Source: a phage. Taken from it: a stretch of 64,000 nucleotides of DNA. The DNA lies in NCBI GenBank assembly GCA_021525805.1, contig GCA_021525805.1_3940.1; one strand, 5' to 3'. Below the pieces are notes generated by a model that saw nothing but the letters and a program-made list of their open reading frames with translations, was not told the DNA's origin and did not search any database. The position numbers and the translations under genes are program-made. This document shows, piece after piece, positions 15,874-24,453 of the stretch; the stretch's first letter is position 1, and each line of letters starts with the position of its first letter.

Positions 15874-16030
15874 CCTAATAAGATTTTAAAGCCAAGCTTC
15901 ATTCGGATGTTGCTTTGGTATCCCTCGTGTATTGTCGTACACACTGATAAAGCACCTAGTAGGTGTCACGGAGAAGAGATAATATCAAGCTCTCCAAAGG
16001 TTCTAGTCACCGGATTAAACAAGACTATGC

Positions 16031-16053
16031 AAAGACCTTTTTAGGTCTTTTTA
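16031..16053 (+). terminator. putative rho-independent terminator
   Basis: AAGACC-TTTTT-AGGTCTT followed by TTTT. Confidence 0.55.
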
Positions 16054-16131
16054 GAGGGCTTCTAAGGTTATTACAGCTTGTTGTGGAACCTTGTTGCTTA
16101 GGTTCTTAGAAGTTCTCTAAAAAGATTTAAT

Positions 16132-16209
16132 GGGAGATTGACGGTAATTGGTAAACCTATCTCGCTTAGAACGAGATGTTTGAGGGTTCGAATCCCTTGT
16201 CTCCTACCA
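16132..16209 (+). tRNA. tRNA with anticodon TAG (Leu-type anticodon, short variable arm)
   Basis: acceptor GGGAGAT/GTCTCCT, anticodon arm TCTCG-CTTAGAA-CGAGA perfect, T-arm GAGGGTTCGAATCCCTT, A73, CCA encoded. Confidence 0.6.
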
Positions 16210-16216
16210 AATTAAT

Positions 16217-16292
16217 GCAGGTGTAGCAAAATGGTTATGCGGCTGACTCTTAATCAGTAAGACGATGGGTTCAATTCCCTCCACCTGTACCA
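16217..16292 (+). tRNA. tRNA-Lys (anticodon CTT)
   Basis: acceptor GCAGGTG/CACCTGT; anticodon arm GCTGA-CTCTTAA-TCAGT; CCA encoded; paralogue of the TTT copy. Confidence 0.7.
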
Positions 16293-16298
16293 GATATT

Positions 16299-16373
16299 GG
16301 GGATGTAGTTTACATGGTTAAAACATAAGTTTTGCAAACTTAAGTACAGGGTTCAATTCCCTGCTTCTCCACC
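16299..16373 (+). tRNA. tRNA-Cys (anticodon GCA)
   Basis: anticodon arm AAGTT-TTGCAAA-AACTT; T-arm CAGGGTTCAATTCCCTG; CCA encoded. Confidence 0.65.
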
Positions 16374-16380
16374 AATTAGT

Positions 16381-16455
16381 GCATCCATAGTTTAAACGGG
16401 AAAATTACAGTCTTCCAAACTGAGGTTGAGGGTTCGATTCCCTCTGGATGCTCCA
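16381..16455 (+). tRNA. tRNA-Gly (anticodon TCC)
   Basis: acceptor GCATCCA/TGGATGC perfect; loop CTTCCAA; T-arm GAGGGTTCGATTCCCTC; CCA encoded. Confidence 0.75.
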
Positions 16456-16461
16456 AACAAT

Positions 16462-16538
16462 GCTGCTTTCGTATAATTGGCTATTACACATCCCTTGTAA
16501 GGATGGAAATGCAGGTTCGAGTCCTGTGAGCAGCACCA
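16462..16538 (+). tRNA. tRNA-Thr (anticodon TGT)
   Basis: anticodon arm CATCC-CTTGTAA-GGATG perfect; T-arm CAGGTTCGAGTCCTG; CCA encoded. Confidence 0.75.
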
Positions 16539-16540
16539 AT

Positions 16541-16632
16541 TCAGAGGTCAAGTGAAAGACCGCTGGTGTCAACTGAAGACCGTAACAAATTCCACGGAGT
16601 TGAGTTAGCGGCACAACTTCAGACCTCTTTCA
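16541..16632 (+). ncRNA. candidate structured RNA S6 (outer helix AGAGGTC/GACCTCT enclosing about 75 nt with box-like GAAGACCGT)
   Basis: nested complementary segments CTGAAG/CTTCAG, GTTG/CAAC; no tRNA T-loop; no ORF. Confidence 0.35.
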
Positions 16633-16633
16633 T

Positions 16634-16708
16634 ACTCGCTTAGTTTATATGGTAAAACATCACCCTTACAAGATGAAGAAAAAGGTTCAAGTCCTTTAGT
16701 GAGTACCA
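16634..16708 (+). tRNA. tRNA-Val (anticodon TAC)
   Basis: acceptor ACTCGCT/AGTGAGT, loop CTTACAA, T-arm AAAGGTTCAAGTCCTTT perfect, CCA encoded. Confidence 0.65.
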
Positions 16709-16709
16709 T

Positions 16710-16787
16710 GTTCCAGTATCCCAATTGGCAGAGGATGCAAGCTCAAACCTTGTATTAGTGACGGTTCGAATCCGTCTTGGAACACCA
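16710..16787 (+). tRNA. tRNA with anticodon CAA (Leu-type anticodon, short variable arm)
   Basis: acceptor GTTCCAG/TTGGAAC; D-loop AATTGGCAGA; anticodon arm GCAAG-CTCAAAC-CTTGT; CCA encoded. Confidence 0.6.
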
Positions 16788-16805
16788 ATTTAAAGAGGCT
16801 ATTTA

Positions 16806-17363
16806 ATGAGATATTTGAAGTATGCTTCATGGATTTTCTTAGCTTTACTAGACCCAATTGCAGCAACCCTAGCAGTTATCTTAGCACCTTTCGTAGTTCC
16901 ATTCTACAGTGAGAAGAAAGGGCATCTACCTTTTGGATTCAGATGGATGGAGACCTATGACAACCCGATTGATGGTGATAAAGGCCACGTTGAGAGATGG
17001 GCTAAGATTAGAAAGATTGGTAAGCTCGGTGTTTATATGCAGAGAGTTGGATGGCTCTGGAGAAACAAAGCTTATAACTTCTCTTACCATGTATTAGGAA
17101 GAGATGTAAAAGATGTTACTAAGTGGAAAGGCAATATCAACGTAAGTTCTGACCCTGAAGATAATCAGACTGGTTATCTCCTAATGTGGAACAGCAATGC
17201 TTGGGGATTATTCGCTTTTATCCCATCAATTAAAGTCTTTGGTAAACAATTTTACTGGAGAATTTATGTTGGGTGGAAACTAAAAAGTGTTGTCCCAGAA
17301 GAAAGAGCATTCTCAAGGGAAAGAGTTATGTTGGCATTCTTTATTCATCCACTGAGAAAGTAA
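16806..17363 (+). CDS. hypothetical membrane protein embedded in tRNA array
   Basis: 185-aa ORF with AAGAGG RBS; N-terminal TM segment WIFLALLDPIAATLAVILAPFVV. Confidence 0.6.
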   Translation: MRYLKYASWIFLALLDPIAATLAVILAPFVVPFYSEKKGHLPFGFRWMETYDNPIDGDKGHVERWAKIRKIGKLGVYMQRVGWLWRNKAYNFSYHVLGRDVKDVTKWKGNINVSSDPEDNQTGYLLMWNSNAWGLFAFIPSIKVFGKQFYWRIYVGWKLKSVVPEERAFSRERVMLAFFIHPLRK

Positions 17364-17371
17364 AGATTTAA

Positions 17372-17447
17372 AGGGGATTAGTTTACAAGGTTAAAACCTC
17401 GGTCTTTGAAATCGAAGAAGTTGGTTCAATTCCAACATCCCCCGCCA
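17372..17447 (+). tRNA. tRNA-Gln (anticodon TTG)
   Basis: anticodon arm TCGGT-CTTTGAA-ATCGA; T-arm GTTGGTTCAATTCCAAC perfect; CCA encoded. Confidence 0.65.
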
Positions 17448-17449
17448 AT

Positions 17450-17528
17450 GCTCCATTACTCCAATTGGCAGAGAGGCCAGACTTAAAATCTGTGTTATGT
17501 ATCGGTTCGAATCCGATATGGAGTACCA
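17450..17528 (+). tRNA. tRNA with anticodon TAA (Leu-type anticodon)
   Basis: acceptor GCTCCAT/ATGGAGT; D-loop AATTGGCAGA; loop CTTAAAA; T-arm ATCGGTTCGAATCCGAT perfect; CCA encoded. Confidence 0.6.
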
Positions 17529-17533
17529 AATTT

Positions 17534-17609
17534 AGCGGTATAGCATAACTGGCAATGCAACAGTCTCTGAAGCTGTCCTATTAAGGTTCAAATCCTTATG
17601 CCGCTGCCA
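17534..17609 (+). tRNA. tRNA-Gln (anticodon CTG)
   Basis: anticodon arm ACAGT-CTCTGAA-GCTGT; T-arm TAAGGTTCAAATCCTTA perfect; CCA encoded. Confidence 0.65.
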
Positions 17610-17640
17610 CTTCTAAGGGTTCTTACGAGAGTCCTTAAAT

Positions 17641-17716
17641 GTGGCCTTATCATAAATGGTAATGACCCATGCTGTGAACATGGTCTATACGGGTTCAAAT
17701 CCCGTAGGTCACCCCA
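17641..17716 (+). tRNA. tRNA-His (anticodon GTG)
   Basis: anticodon arm CCATG-CTGTGAA-CATGG perfect; acceptor GTGGCCT/AGGTCAC; CCA encoded. Confidence 0.75.
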
Positions 17717-17722
17717 ATTTAT

Positions 17723-17798
17723 AGTCCAAGTAGCTTATATGGTTAAAGCGCGTGTCTGAAAAACATGAGAAGAGGGTTCAAATCCCACTGGACTACCA
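17723..17798 (+). tRNA. tRNA-Phe (anticodon GAA)
   Basis: anticodon arm CGTGT-CTGAAAA-ACATG; T-loop TTCAAAT; CCA encoded. Confidence 0.7.
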
Positions 17799-17814
17799 AT
17801 TTCAAAGGTGCTTA

Positions 17815-18549
17815 ATGAAAGAGATGACAGAACAAGGTAAGGAGATTTTTAATCTCTTAAAAACCGGTAAAGGGTTTTCTAACCCACTTATTACTGGTGC
17901 AGCAGTTCTCGGTGGAACCGTAGCTGCCTCAACATCACTTATAAGCTCTATTAGCTCTGTAACAGACCCTACAATGAAGGAGAAGCTTGTTGCTGCTGGA
18001 CTTACAACAGTCCTTCTAAACAGCTTTACAACAAGCCTGACAAGCACTACAGCAACTACTAAGACCCTAACAGACTATGGTCAAAAGTCTATTGATGAGT
18101 TTTCATCACGTATGCAGGTAGCAAAGGGATACTCCAATGTTATGGGTGCAGCAGGAGAACAAGTTGGTTGTACACCATTCAGTGGTATTATGGGTGTTGC
18201 TACAGAATATGGTCAAAAAGCTATTGACATGATGAACAGTACACTAGATAGTGTTAATGGTGTGTTAAGTGACTTACAAGATGCTATTGATAAGGGTCTT
18301 GATACTGTTTCTGATTTGGCTAACCAAGCTGTTAGCAAGATTAATGAAGGTATCTCAAAGATTACAGCTTATGCAGATGAAGTTGTGCAGATGATTGAAG
18401 AAGAAGCTGCCCTTATTGCAGAGTACCTTAAAACGAATATCAATGGGTTCTTAGCAGGTATCTTACCAGACTGGTTTGATGATGCTTGTAAAACTGGTGT
18501 AATCGACACTATTGCAACACCAGAAATGAAGAACGCATTGCAGAAATAA
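17815..18549 (+). CDS. hypothetical Ser/Thr/Ala-rich protein (start refined from track ORF 17752..18549)
   Basis: track ORF starts at GTG inside tRNA-Phe; ATG at 17815 lies just past the tRNA; stop abuts tRNA-Ser. Confidence 0.55.
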   Translation: MKEMTEQGKEIFNLLKTGKGFSNPLITGAAVLGGTVAASTSLISSISSVTDPTMKEKLVAAGLTTVLLNSFTTSLTSTTATTKTLTDYGQKSIDEFSSRMQVAKGYSNVMGAAGEQVGCTPFSGIMGVATEYGQKAIDMMNSTLDSVNGVLSDLQDAIDKGLDTVSDLANQAVSKINEGISKITAYADEVVQMIEEEAALIAEYLKTNINGFLAGILPDWFDDACKTGVIDTIATPEMKNALQK

Positions 18550-18550
18550 T

Positions 18551-18643
18551 GGAAGATTAACCCTAAAAGGTAAGGGAGCAGTTTGCTAAACTGCCAGTAG
18601 CTGAGAAATCGGTGTACCAGTTCAAGTCTGGTATCTTCCTCCA
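18551..18643 (+). tRNA. tRNA-Ser (anticodon GCT), long variable arm
   Basis: 93 nt; acceptor GGAAGAT/ATCTTCC perfect; anticodon arm GCAGT-TTGCTAA-ACTGC perfect; T-arm ACCAGTTCAAGTCTGGT; CCA encoded. Confidence 0.75.
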
Positions 18644-18647
18644 ATTT

Positions 18648-18723
18648 GAATCCGTGACAGAAATGGCTATGTGCCTGTCTGCAAAACAGGTTTATAAGTG
18701 TTCAAGTCCCTTCGGATTCTCCA
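18648..18723 (+). tRNA. tRNA with anticodon GCA (second Cys-type copy)
   Basis: acceptor GAATCCG/CGGATTC perfect; anticodon arm CCTGT-CTGCAAA-ACAGG perfect; CCA encoded. Confidence 0.6.
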
Positions 18724-18759
18724 AGTTATTTTACTCTCTCTCAATTAAAATAATAATAA

Positions 18760-18820
18760 TGCCCTGCTATAAGTATTCTTCCTTTCGCTACCGAAGAGTA
18801 TTTTTAGACAGGGCTTTTTT
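18760..18820 (+). terminator. compound hairpin terminator closing the tRNA array
   Basis: GCCCTG...CAGGGC outer stem with nested AAGAGTATT palindrome, followed by TTTTTT. Confidence 0.55.
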
Positions 18821-18883
18821 ACAGAGTTATACTTTATAGGAAGACTTATACAGTATGTCTCTGACGTACATTGTGGTTTCTCC

Positions 18884-18910
18884 TTGACGGTCTCTGTGCC
18901 GTCTTTTTTA
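18884..18910 (+). terminator. putative rho-independent terminator
   Basis: GACGG-TCTCTGTG-CCGTC followed by TTTTTT. Confidence 0.5.
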
Positions 18911-18945
18911 AGGGGAAACATGGTTAATTATTTGGAGAAAACATA

Positions 18946-19146
18946 ATGAGTGAGACCGTTTATAAAGAACTTTATGAAGCTAATAAAAAGCTAGAATTTA
19001 TGCAGAACACTATCATGGCAATTGCAGATAGATTATCTGTAGCAACAGGTATTGATATTAAAGAAGCATCTATGGATGCACTTCTGGATGCTGTTGATGC
19101 AAAGTTCGAAGTTAAGAAAGAAGAGACTGCTACAGACTCTGAATAA
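18946..19146 (+). CDS. hypothetical small protein preceding terminase (possible small terminase subunit or accessory)
   Basis: 66-aa ORF with GGAG RBS; position only. Confidence 0.35.
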   Translation: MSETVYKELYEANKKLEFMQNTIMAIADRLSVATGIDIKEASMDALLDAVDAKFEVKKEETATDSE

Positions 19147-19152
19147 TTCTAT

Positions 19153-20769
19153 TTGCGGAGGCGCTTAATGGACTTAAATGCTGTTAAGCAGAAGCGAGTG
19201 GAAGATGTTAGGAAAGTCCTAGCTGGAGAGTTGGGGCTTTCTGATGAAGTAAAAGAAATTATTAAATCATTCGGTAAAGACCCCTCTAAATTCCTTCCAA
19301 CTCAAATTCTGACTTTATTAAGATACACACCAGACCAAGTTCGCCTTATCTTTAAATTGATGACTGATAAGAACTATGTAGCCCCTCAGCCGGGTTCTCA
19401 AGAGGTCTTTTTAAATACTAATGCTGACTTGGTTCTCTATGGTGGTGCTGCTGGTGCTGGTAAGACTGCTGCATTGTTAATGGACTCTTTAAGATTTATT
19501 GAAGACCCTAACTATAACGCTGTATATTTCCGTCGAAATACAACACAGTTACAAGGTGGTTTATGGCCTGCTGCAAAGAAACTATTTGGTAAGTTTGGTG
19601 GGATTCCTCACGAGCAGAAAATGACTATCACATTCCCTTCTGGGGCGACTATCAAGTTTACCTATCTAGAACTTGAAAAGCACGCTGAAGGTCATCAGGG
19701 TATTGAATACTCAGCTATTTACTTTGACGAAGGTACACACTTCTCTGCTTCACAGATTTCATACCTACAAACACGTCTTCGTTCTGGTGCTGAAGGTGAT
19801 TCATACATGAAAATTTCCATGAACCCAGACAGAGACCACTTTATTTATGATTGGGTAGAACCATTCTTAGATGAAGAAGGTTATCCAGACCCTGAAAAGT
19901 GTGGTCGTATTCGTTGGTATGTAATGAATGATGGTGTGATGGTTTCTGATTGGGAGAGAGACAAGATTCTTGAAATGTTCCCTCTTGAGATTCCTCAAAC
20001 ATACACCTTCATCTCTGGTACGATTGATGATAACCCAATTCTTGACTTCTTAGAACCTAAGTATCGTGGTAAGTTGGAAAACAACACCCCTGTAAACGTT
20101 GCAAGACTTCGTTTCGGTAACTGGAAGGCTCGTGCAGAAGGTTCAAACTATTGGCAAAGACAATGGTGTGAAATTGTTGATTCGCTCCCAGAGGATGTAT
20201 TTGATGTTAGAGCATGGGACTTAGCAGCGACTTTACCATCTGAAATTAACCCTAATCCAGACTGGACAGCAGGTGTTAAGATGGGTAAATCTAAAAAAGA
20301 CGGTTGCTATTATATCATTGATGTAGTAAGATTTAGAGATAGACCCTCTGGAGTCGAAACACAAATTAATTTGACTGCTGAAAGTGACGGTAAGCGAACT
20401 GGTATTTTTATCCCTCAAGACCCAGGCGCTGCTGGTAAATCCTACGCAACATCCCTCATCAGGAAACTTGCCGAGAAAGGTTATCGAGCAAGAGCCAAAC
20501 CAACAAATAAAGATAAAGTTACCCGCTTTGCGGGATTTTCTGCTGCTTCTGAAGCTGGACTTGTAAAAGTCTTGAGAGGTAGTTGGAACGAAGCTTATTT
20601 TCAAGAGCTTGAAGGCTTTTGTGGTGATGGCAAAACTAAAGATGACCAAGTGGATGCTACCAGTGATGCTTTCAACAGTCTTAACGAAGTTAAATTATTC
20701 AAGCCACCATCAATGGGTGCTCACACAGACTTAGTGAGAGGAAACCCATATGAGGGGCTTAGACGTTGA
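19153..20769 (+). CDS. terL: terminase large subunit
   Basis: 538 aa; Walker A LYGGAAGAGKTAA; Walker B-like IYFDEGTHF; gene order with portal. Confidence 0.85.
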   Translation: MRRRLMDLNAVKQKRVEDVRKVLAGELGLSDEVKEIIKSFGKDPSKFLPTQILTLLRYTPDQVRLIFKLMTDKNYVAPQPGSQEVFLNTNADLVLYGGAAGAGKTAALLMDSLRFIEDPNYNAVYFRRNTTQLQGGLWPAAKKLFGKFGGIPHEQKMTITFPSGATIKFTYLELEKHAEGHQGIEYSAIYFDEGTHFSASQISYLQTRLRSGAEGDSYMKISMNPDRDHFIYDWVEPFLDEEGYPDPEKCGRIRWYVMNDGVMVSDWERDKILEMFPLEIPQTYTFISGTIDDNPILDFLEPKYRGKLENNTPVNVARLRFGNWKARAEGSNYWQRQWCEIVDSLPEDVFDVRAWDLAATLPSEINPNPDWTAGVKMGKSKKDGCYYIIDVVRFRDRPSGVETQINLTAESDGKRTGIFIPQDPGAAGKSYATSLIRKLAEKGYRARAKPTNKDKVTRFAGFSAASEAGLVKVLRGSWNEAYFQELEGFCGDGKTKDDQVDATSDAFNSLNEVKLFKPPSMGAHTDLVRGNPYEGLRR

Positions 20770-20776
20770 TAGCTAG

Positions 20777-22252
20777 GTGAGAAGAATGGCAGATATTACA
20801 GAAACACAAGAAAGCTTACCACCATTTAGAATGGGTGAAGTAGGTTCTTTGGGTCTGAAGGTTAAGAATGGAAGAATCTATGAAGAACCTCGTCAGGCAC
20901 TAAGGTTCCCTGAAAGTATTAAAACTTTCCAATTAATGATGCGTGACCCTGCTGTAGCAGCATCTGTAAATATTATTAAGATGTTTGTCAGAAAAGTCAA
21001 CTGGAGATTCGTACCTCCAAAGGGAAAAGAGCAAGACCCTAAAATGCTTGAAAGAGCAGACTTCTTTAATTCTTTAATGGATGACATGGAGCATGATTGG
21101 GCAGATTTTATTAACTCTGTAATGTCATTCTGCACTTATGGGTTCTGTGTTAATGAAAAGGTTTATAAGAAACGTCAGGGTAAGAAAGGAAAGTACCAGT
21201 CAAAATTTGATGATGGTCTAATTGGATGGGCTAAATTGCCAATCAGAAACCAGTCAACGCTTGATAAGTGGTACTTTGACGAAGACTTTAGAAAAGTTAC
21301 TGGTGTTAGACAGAATCTGAGAAATGTTTCACATATTGCTGGAGCAATTAATCTCGGAGAAAGACCACTGACAAGAAAACTTCCACGAGCTAAATTCATG
21401 CTGTTTAAGTATGACGATGAATATGGAAACCCAGAAGGTCGTTCACCATTACTTAATGCTTATGTACCGTGGAAGTATAAAGTACAGATTGAAGAGTATG
21501 AAGCTGTTGGTGTTTCAAGAGACTTGGTAGGTATGCCAAAGATTGGTTTACCACCAGATTATCTGGATGAAAATGCAGAACCTGAAAAGAAAGCTTTCGT
21601 ACAATACTGCAAAACTGTTGTTAATGATATGATTGCAAATGACAGAGCAGGTTTAATCTGGCCTAGATATATCGACCCAGATACTAAAGAGGATATTTTT
21701 GAGTTCTCATTAGTTTCTAGGCAGGGTGCTAAAGCATATGATACAGGTTCTATTATTGACAGATATTCTAAGCAGATTATGATGGCATTTATGTCAGATG
21801 TTCTTGCTATGGGTCAGTCAAAATACGGTTCATTCTCTCTTGCAGATTCTAAGACAAGCTTACTAGCAATGTCAGTAGATATTCTGCTGAAGCAAATTAA
21901 GAACGTAATTAACCGTGATTTAGTTGCACAGACTTATACTCTTAATATGTGGGATGATGAAGAACATGTACAAATCACATATGATGATATCGAAACTCCA
22001 GACCTTGAAGCAATTGGTTCTTATATTCAGAAGACTGTTGCAGTAGGTGCTTTGGAAGTTGACAAAGAGCTATCTAACAAGCTTAGAGAGCATATTGGTC
22101 TTCCTCCTGCTGATGAGTCTCAGCCAGTATCTGAAAAGCTTTCTCCAAATAGCCAAAGCCGTTCAGGAGATGGTTACAAGACCGCTGGAGAAGGTACTGC
22201 AAAGACACCTTCAGCGAAAGACCCAAGCACAGCAAATAAGGCAAATAAATAA
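20777..22252 (+). CDS. portal protein
   Basis: 491 aa immediately after terminase, acidic/Ser-rich C-terminus; call from position and size. Confidence 0.65.
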   Translation: MRRMADITETQESLPPFRMGEVGSLGLKVKNGRIYEEPRQALRFPESIKTFQLMMRDPAVAASVNIIKMFVRKVNWRFVPPKGKEQDPKMLERADFFNSLMDDMEHDWADFINSVMSFCTYGFCVNEKVYKKRQGKKGKYQSKFDDGLIGWAKLPIRNQSTLDKWYFDEDFRKVTGVRQNLRNVSHIAGAINLGERPLTRKLPRAKFMLFKYDDEYGNPEGRSPLLNAYVPWKYKVQIEEYEAVGVSRDLVGMPKIGLPPDYLDENAEPEKKAFVQYCKTVVNDMIANDRAGLIWPRYIDPDTKEDIFEFSLVSRQGAKAYDTGSIIDRYSKQIMMAFMSDVLAMGQSKYGSFSLADSKTSLLAMSVDILLKQIKNVINRDLVAQTYTLNMWDDEEHVQITYDDIETPDLEAIGSYIQKTVAVGALEVDKELSNKLREHIGLPPADESQPVSEKLSPNSQSRSGDGYKTAGEGTAKTPSAKDPSTANKANK

Positions 22253-22752
22253 TGGCTGAAGTTATCTCTATTTCAAATGCTACACGAGTGCATTCGTATA
22301 GGGGTGTTCTTACTATCACTGACAAATTATCTGTAGAGGCTGGCTCAAGGGTCAGCCTTTCAGGTTATGTAAGTGATGGTGGAACCTCTGACGTTTTCAC
22401 TATTTGCAGGTTACTTGATGCTCCAATGAGTGGAAAACCGTTTATTTCAGGAAATTGTAGTGAAATTGTTAAAATTCCATTTGACAGTTCATGCCTTTTG
22501 GGTGTAAAGTTATATAACTGCGAGAATAAACGTATCAATGTTAATAGCATTGAAGCCGCTTTCATTACCCTCGACACTGCATTTCAATCTCCAATGACAG
22601 TTAATAAAGAAACAAACAGACTTGAATACATTTTTTCACAAAATGATTACAAAGTACTTGTCAAAGGCAAAGTATATGATATGATTGTAAATGTGGTAGA
22701 TGAATCTGGTAACCATTCAACAGTCCTTAAACACAATGTAAGGTTTAATTAA
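22252..22752 (+). CDS. hypothetical head-associated protein
   Basis: 166-aa ORF between portal and protease. Confidence 0.4.
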   Translation: MAEVISISNATRVHSYRGVLTITDKLSVEAGSRVSLSGYVSDGGTSDVFTICRLLDAPMSGKPFISGNCSEIVKIPFDSSCLLGVKLYNCENKRINVNSIEAAFITLDTAFQSPMTVNKETNRLEYIFSQNDYKVLVKGKVYDMIVNVVDESGNHSTVLKHNVRFN

Positions 22753-23084
22753 TGGGAACATTAACTATTGATGGTAAGAATAAAATCCTCGCCACGCTAA
22801 CCCCAACGACTATTATTTTACACAATGTAGACCCAACGGCAGACCCTACAGCAAATAAGGTTACTCAGCCAGTGGCTATTTATTTTTCTGAACCGGATAA
22901 TGGCTTAATTGCCTCAGTAGACACAGTTAACATTACTGTTCCAGCTTCTGCAACGGTCTCACACTATAGCTTGTGGGATGCTAACGATAAATGCGTGGCA
23001 ACTGGTGCTCTTAGCAAACCTCAATTCTTCGCTGAAGAAGGTATCTATGTTATCTCTTCAGTCTCTGTAGATTTAAACAAATAG
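22752..23084 (+). CDS. hypothetical head-associated protein
   Basis: 110-aa ORF, start overlaps upstream stop. Confidence 0.4.
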   Translation: MGTLTIDGKNKILATLTPTTIILHNVDPTADPTANKVTQPVAIYFSEPDNGLIASVDTVNITVPASATVSHYSLWDANDKCVATGALSKPQFFAEEGIYVISSVSVDLNK

Positions 23085-23095
23085 GGTGAGTAAAA

Positions 23096-24442
23096 ATGAG
23101 TTCGAATATCTTCAGACTTGCTGATAGATTATTCAACCAACCTTTACTAGCCACTGAATCATTAGCTCACTCAGCAGCAACTTATGTGAATAACAGATTG
23201 CTGGGTGATGTCCAAGCAGCAGTAAACTTTGATAAACCCAAAGGTGAAGCAAGAAGTCTTTTAAAAGTGAAAGATGACATTGCTATTATCCCTATTATGG
23301 GTGGTTTAACCCATCGTATGACATTCATTGATGCAATGTGTACAGGTGGATTAAGCTCTTATGAAGGTTTGCGTAGAGGCTTTGACGAAGCTTTAGCAGA
23401 TGAGTCAATCAAGACTATCGTTCTGCATATTGATTCCGGTGGTGGTGAAGCTTCAGGTTGCTTTGAATTAGCACGTCACATTATGGCTTCAAGAGGCCAA
23501 AAGAAAATTATTGCTTATGTAGATGAGTTCGCTTGTTCCGCTGCATATGCTCTTGCATCTTCTGCTGAAGAAATTATTGCATCACCAGATGCAGATGTTG
23601 GTTCTATTGGTGTAATTATGGTTCATCAGGAATTAACTAAGGCATTTGAAAAGAATGGCGTAACAATTAACGTCATCAAAGCTGGTGAGTTTAAAGGTAT
23701 GGGTTCACCATTCCAAGCACTCTCAGAAGAAAGCAAAGAAAGACTTCAAAAGAGAATTAATGATACCTACGCAACCTTTACAGGTTTTGTAGCCGAATCT
23801 CGTAATCTCTCTGAAGAAGCTGTAAAGAATACTGAGGCGAATGTTTATTCTGCTCAGGAAGCTCTTGAACTTGGTTTAATTAACTCAATCATGTCTCAAG
23901 ATGATTTCTTAAATTACTTACAAGGTTCTGAAGAGGCTCCTGTAAGTTTAAACGTTAACAATTCAGGTGAAGAAATGACTGAACAAGAAAAGCAAGAACT
24001 AGAAGCTTTGCGTCTTCAGGTTGCTCAAATGAAAGCTAAAGAACAGGAAGCTGCTTTGTCAGATTTGACTAATAAGATTTCTGCTTCTGCTGAAGCTTTT
24101 GGATTTGATGCAAAAGAAGCTGCAACGACTATTTTAGGTGATGGTCTTGATAACCCTCTGAGTGTTCTGTTTATGAATGCTATGGAAGGTGCTAACCAGA
24201 AACTTAATGAAACTATCGCGTCCCATGCTTCTGCAATGGAAGAAAAAGAATCAGAAATTACCAAGTTGAAAGAGACTGCTGGTGCTGTTCTTGAACATTC
24301 CAACGCTATGGAAGAAATGGGTAATGACGGCGAAGCTGATTTGGTTGAAGAAGAAAAAGAACCAGCTAAGAATGCTTCCGAAGACACCGCTGAACAACGC
24401 AAACTGGCTCTCCAGAATGCTCTAAAATCTCTTATCAAATAA
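23096..24442 (+). CDS. prohead protease (ClpP/S49-like) fused to coiled-coil scaffold-like C-terminal domain
   Basis: 448 aa; TIVLHIDSGGGEASG and CSAAYALASSAEEI resemble ClpP/SppA serine-protease motifs; C-terminal 170 aa is Glu/Ala/Lys-rich helical. Confidence 0.7.
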   Translation: MSSNIFRLADRLFNQPLLATESLAHSAATYVNNRLLGDVQAAVNFDKPKGEARSLLKVKDDIAIIPIMGGLTHRMTFIDAMCTGGLSSYEGLRRGFDEALADESIKTIVLHIDSGGGEASGCFELARHIMASRGQKKIIAYVDEFACSAAYALASSAEEIIASPDADVGSIGVIMVHQELTKAFEKNGVTINVIKAGEFKGMGSPFQALSEESKERLQKRINDTYATFTGFVAESRNLSEEAVKNTEANVYSAQEALELGLINSIMSQDDFLNYLQGSEEAPVSLNVNNSGEEMTEQEKQELEALRLQVAQMKAKEQEAALSDLTNKISASAEAFGFDAKEAATTILGDGLDNPLSVLFMNAMEGANQKLNETIASHASAMEEKESEITKLKETAGAVLEHSNAMEEMGNDGEADLVEEEKEPAKNASEDTAEQRKLALQNALKSLIK

Positions 24443-24453
24443 GGAACACAATA

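Noticed and set aside
15847-16044. 65-aa + strand ORF
   Set aside because: Starts inside tRNA-Ser(TGA) and spans a hairpin-rich non-coding segment ending in a terminator.
16405-16614. 69-aa minus-strand ORF
   Set aside because: Antisense across tRNA-Gly and tRNA-Thr.
18369-18839. ORFs 18369..18644 (-) and 18612..18839 (+)
   Set aside because: Overlap tRNA-Ser(GCT), the second GCA tRNA and the terminator hairpins.
20233-20649. 138-aa minus-strand ORF
   Set aside because: Antisense inside the terminase large subunit gene; shadow ORF.
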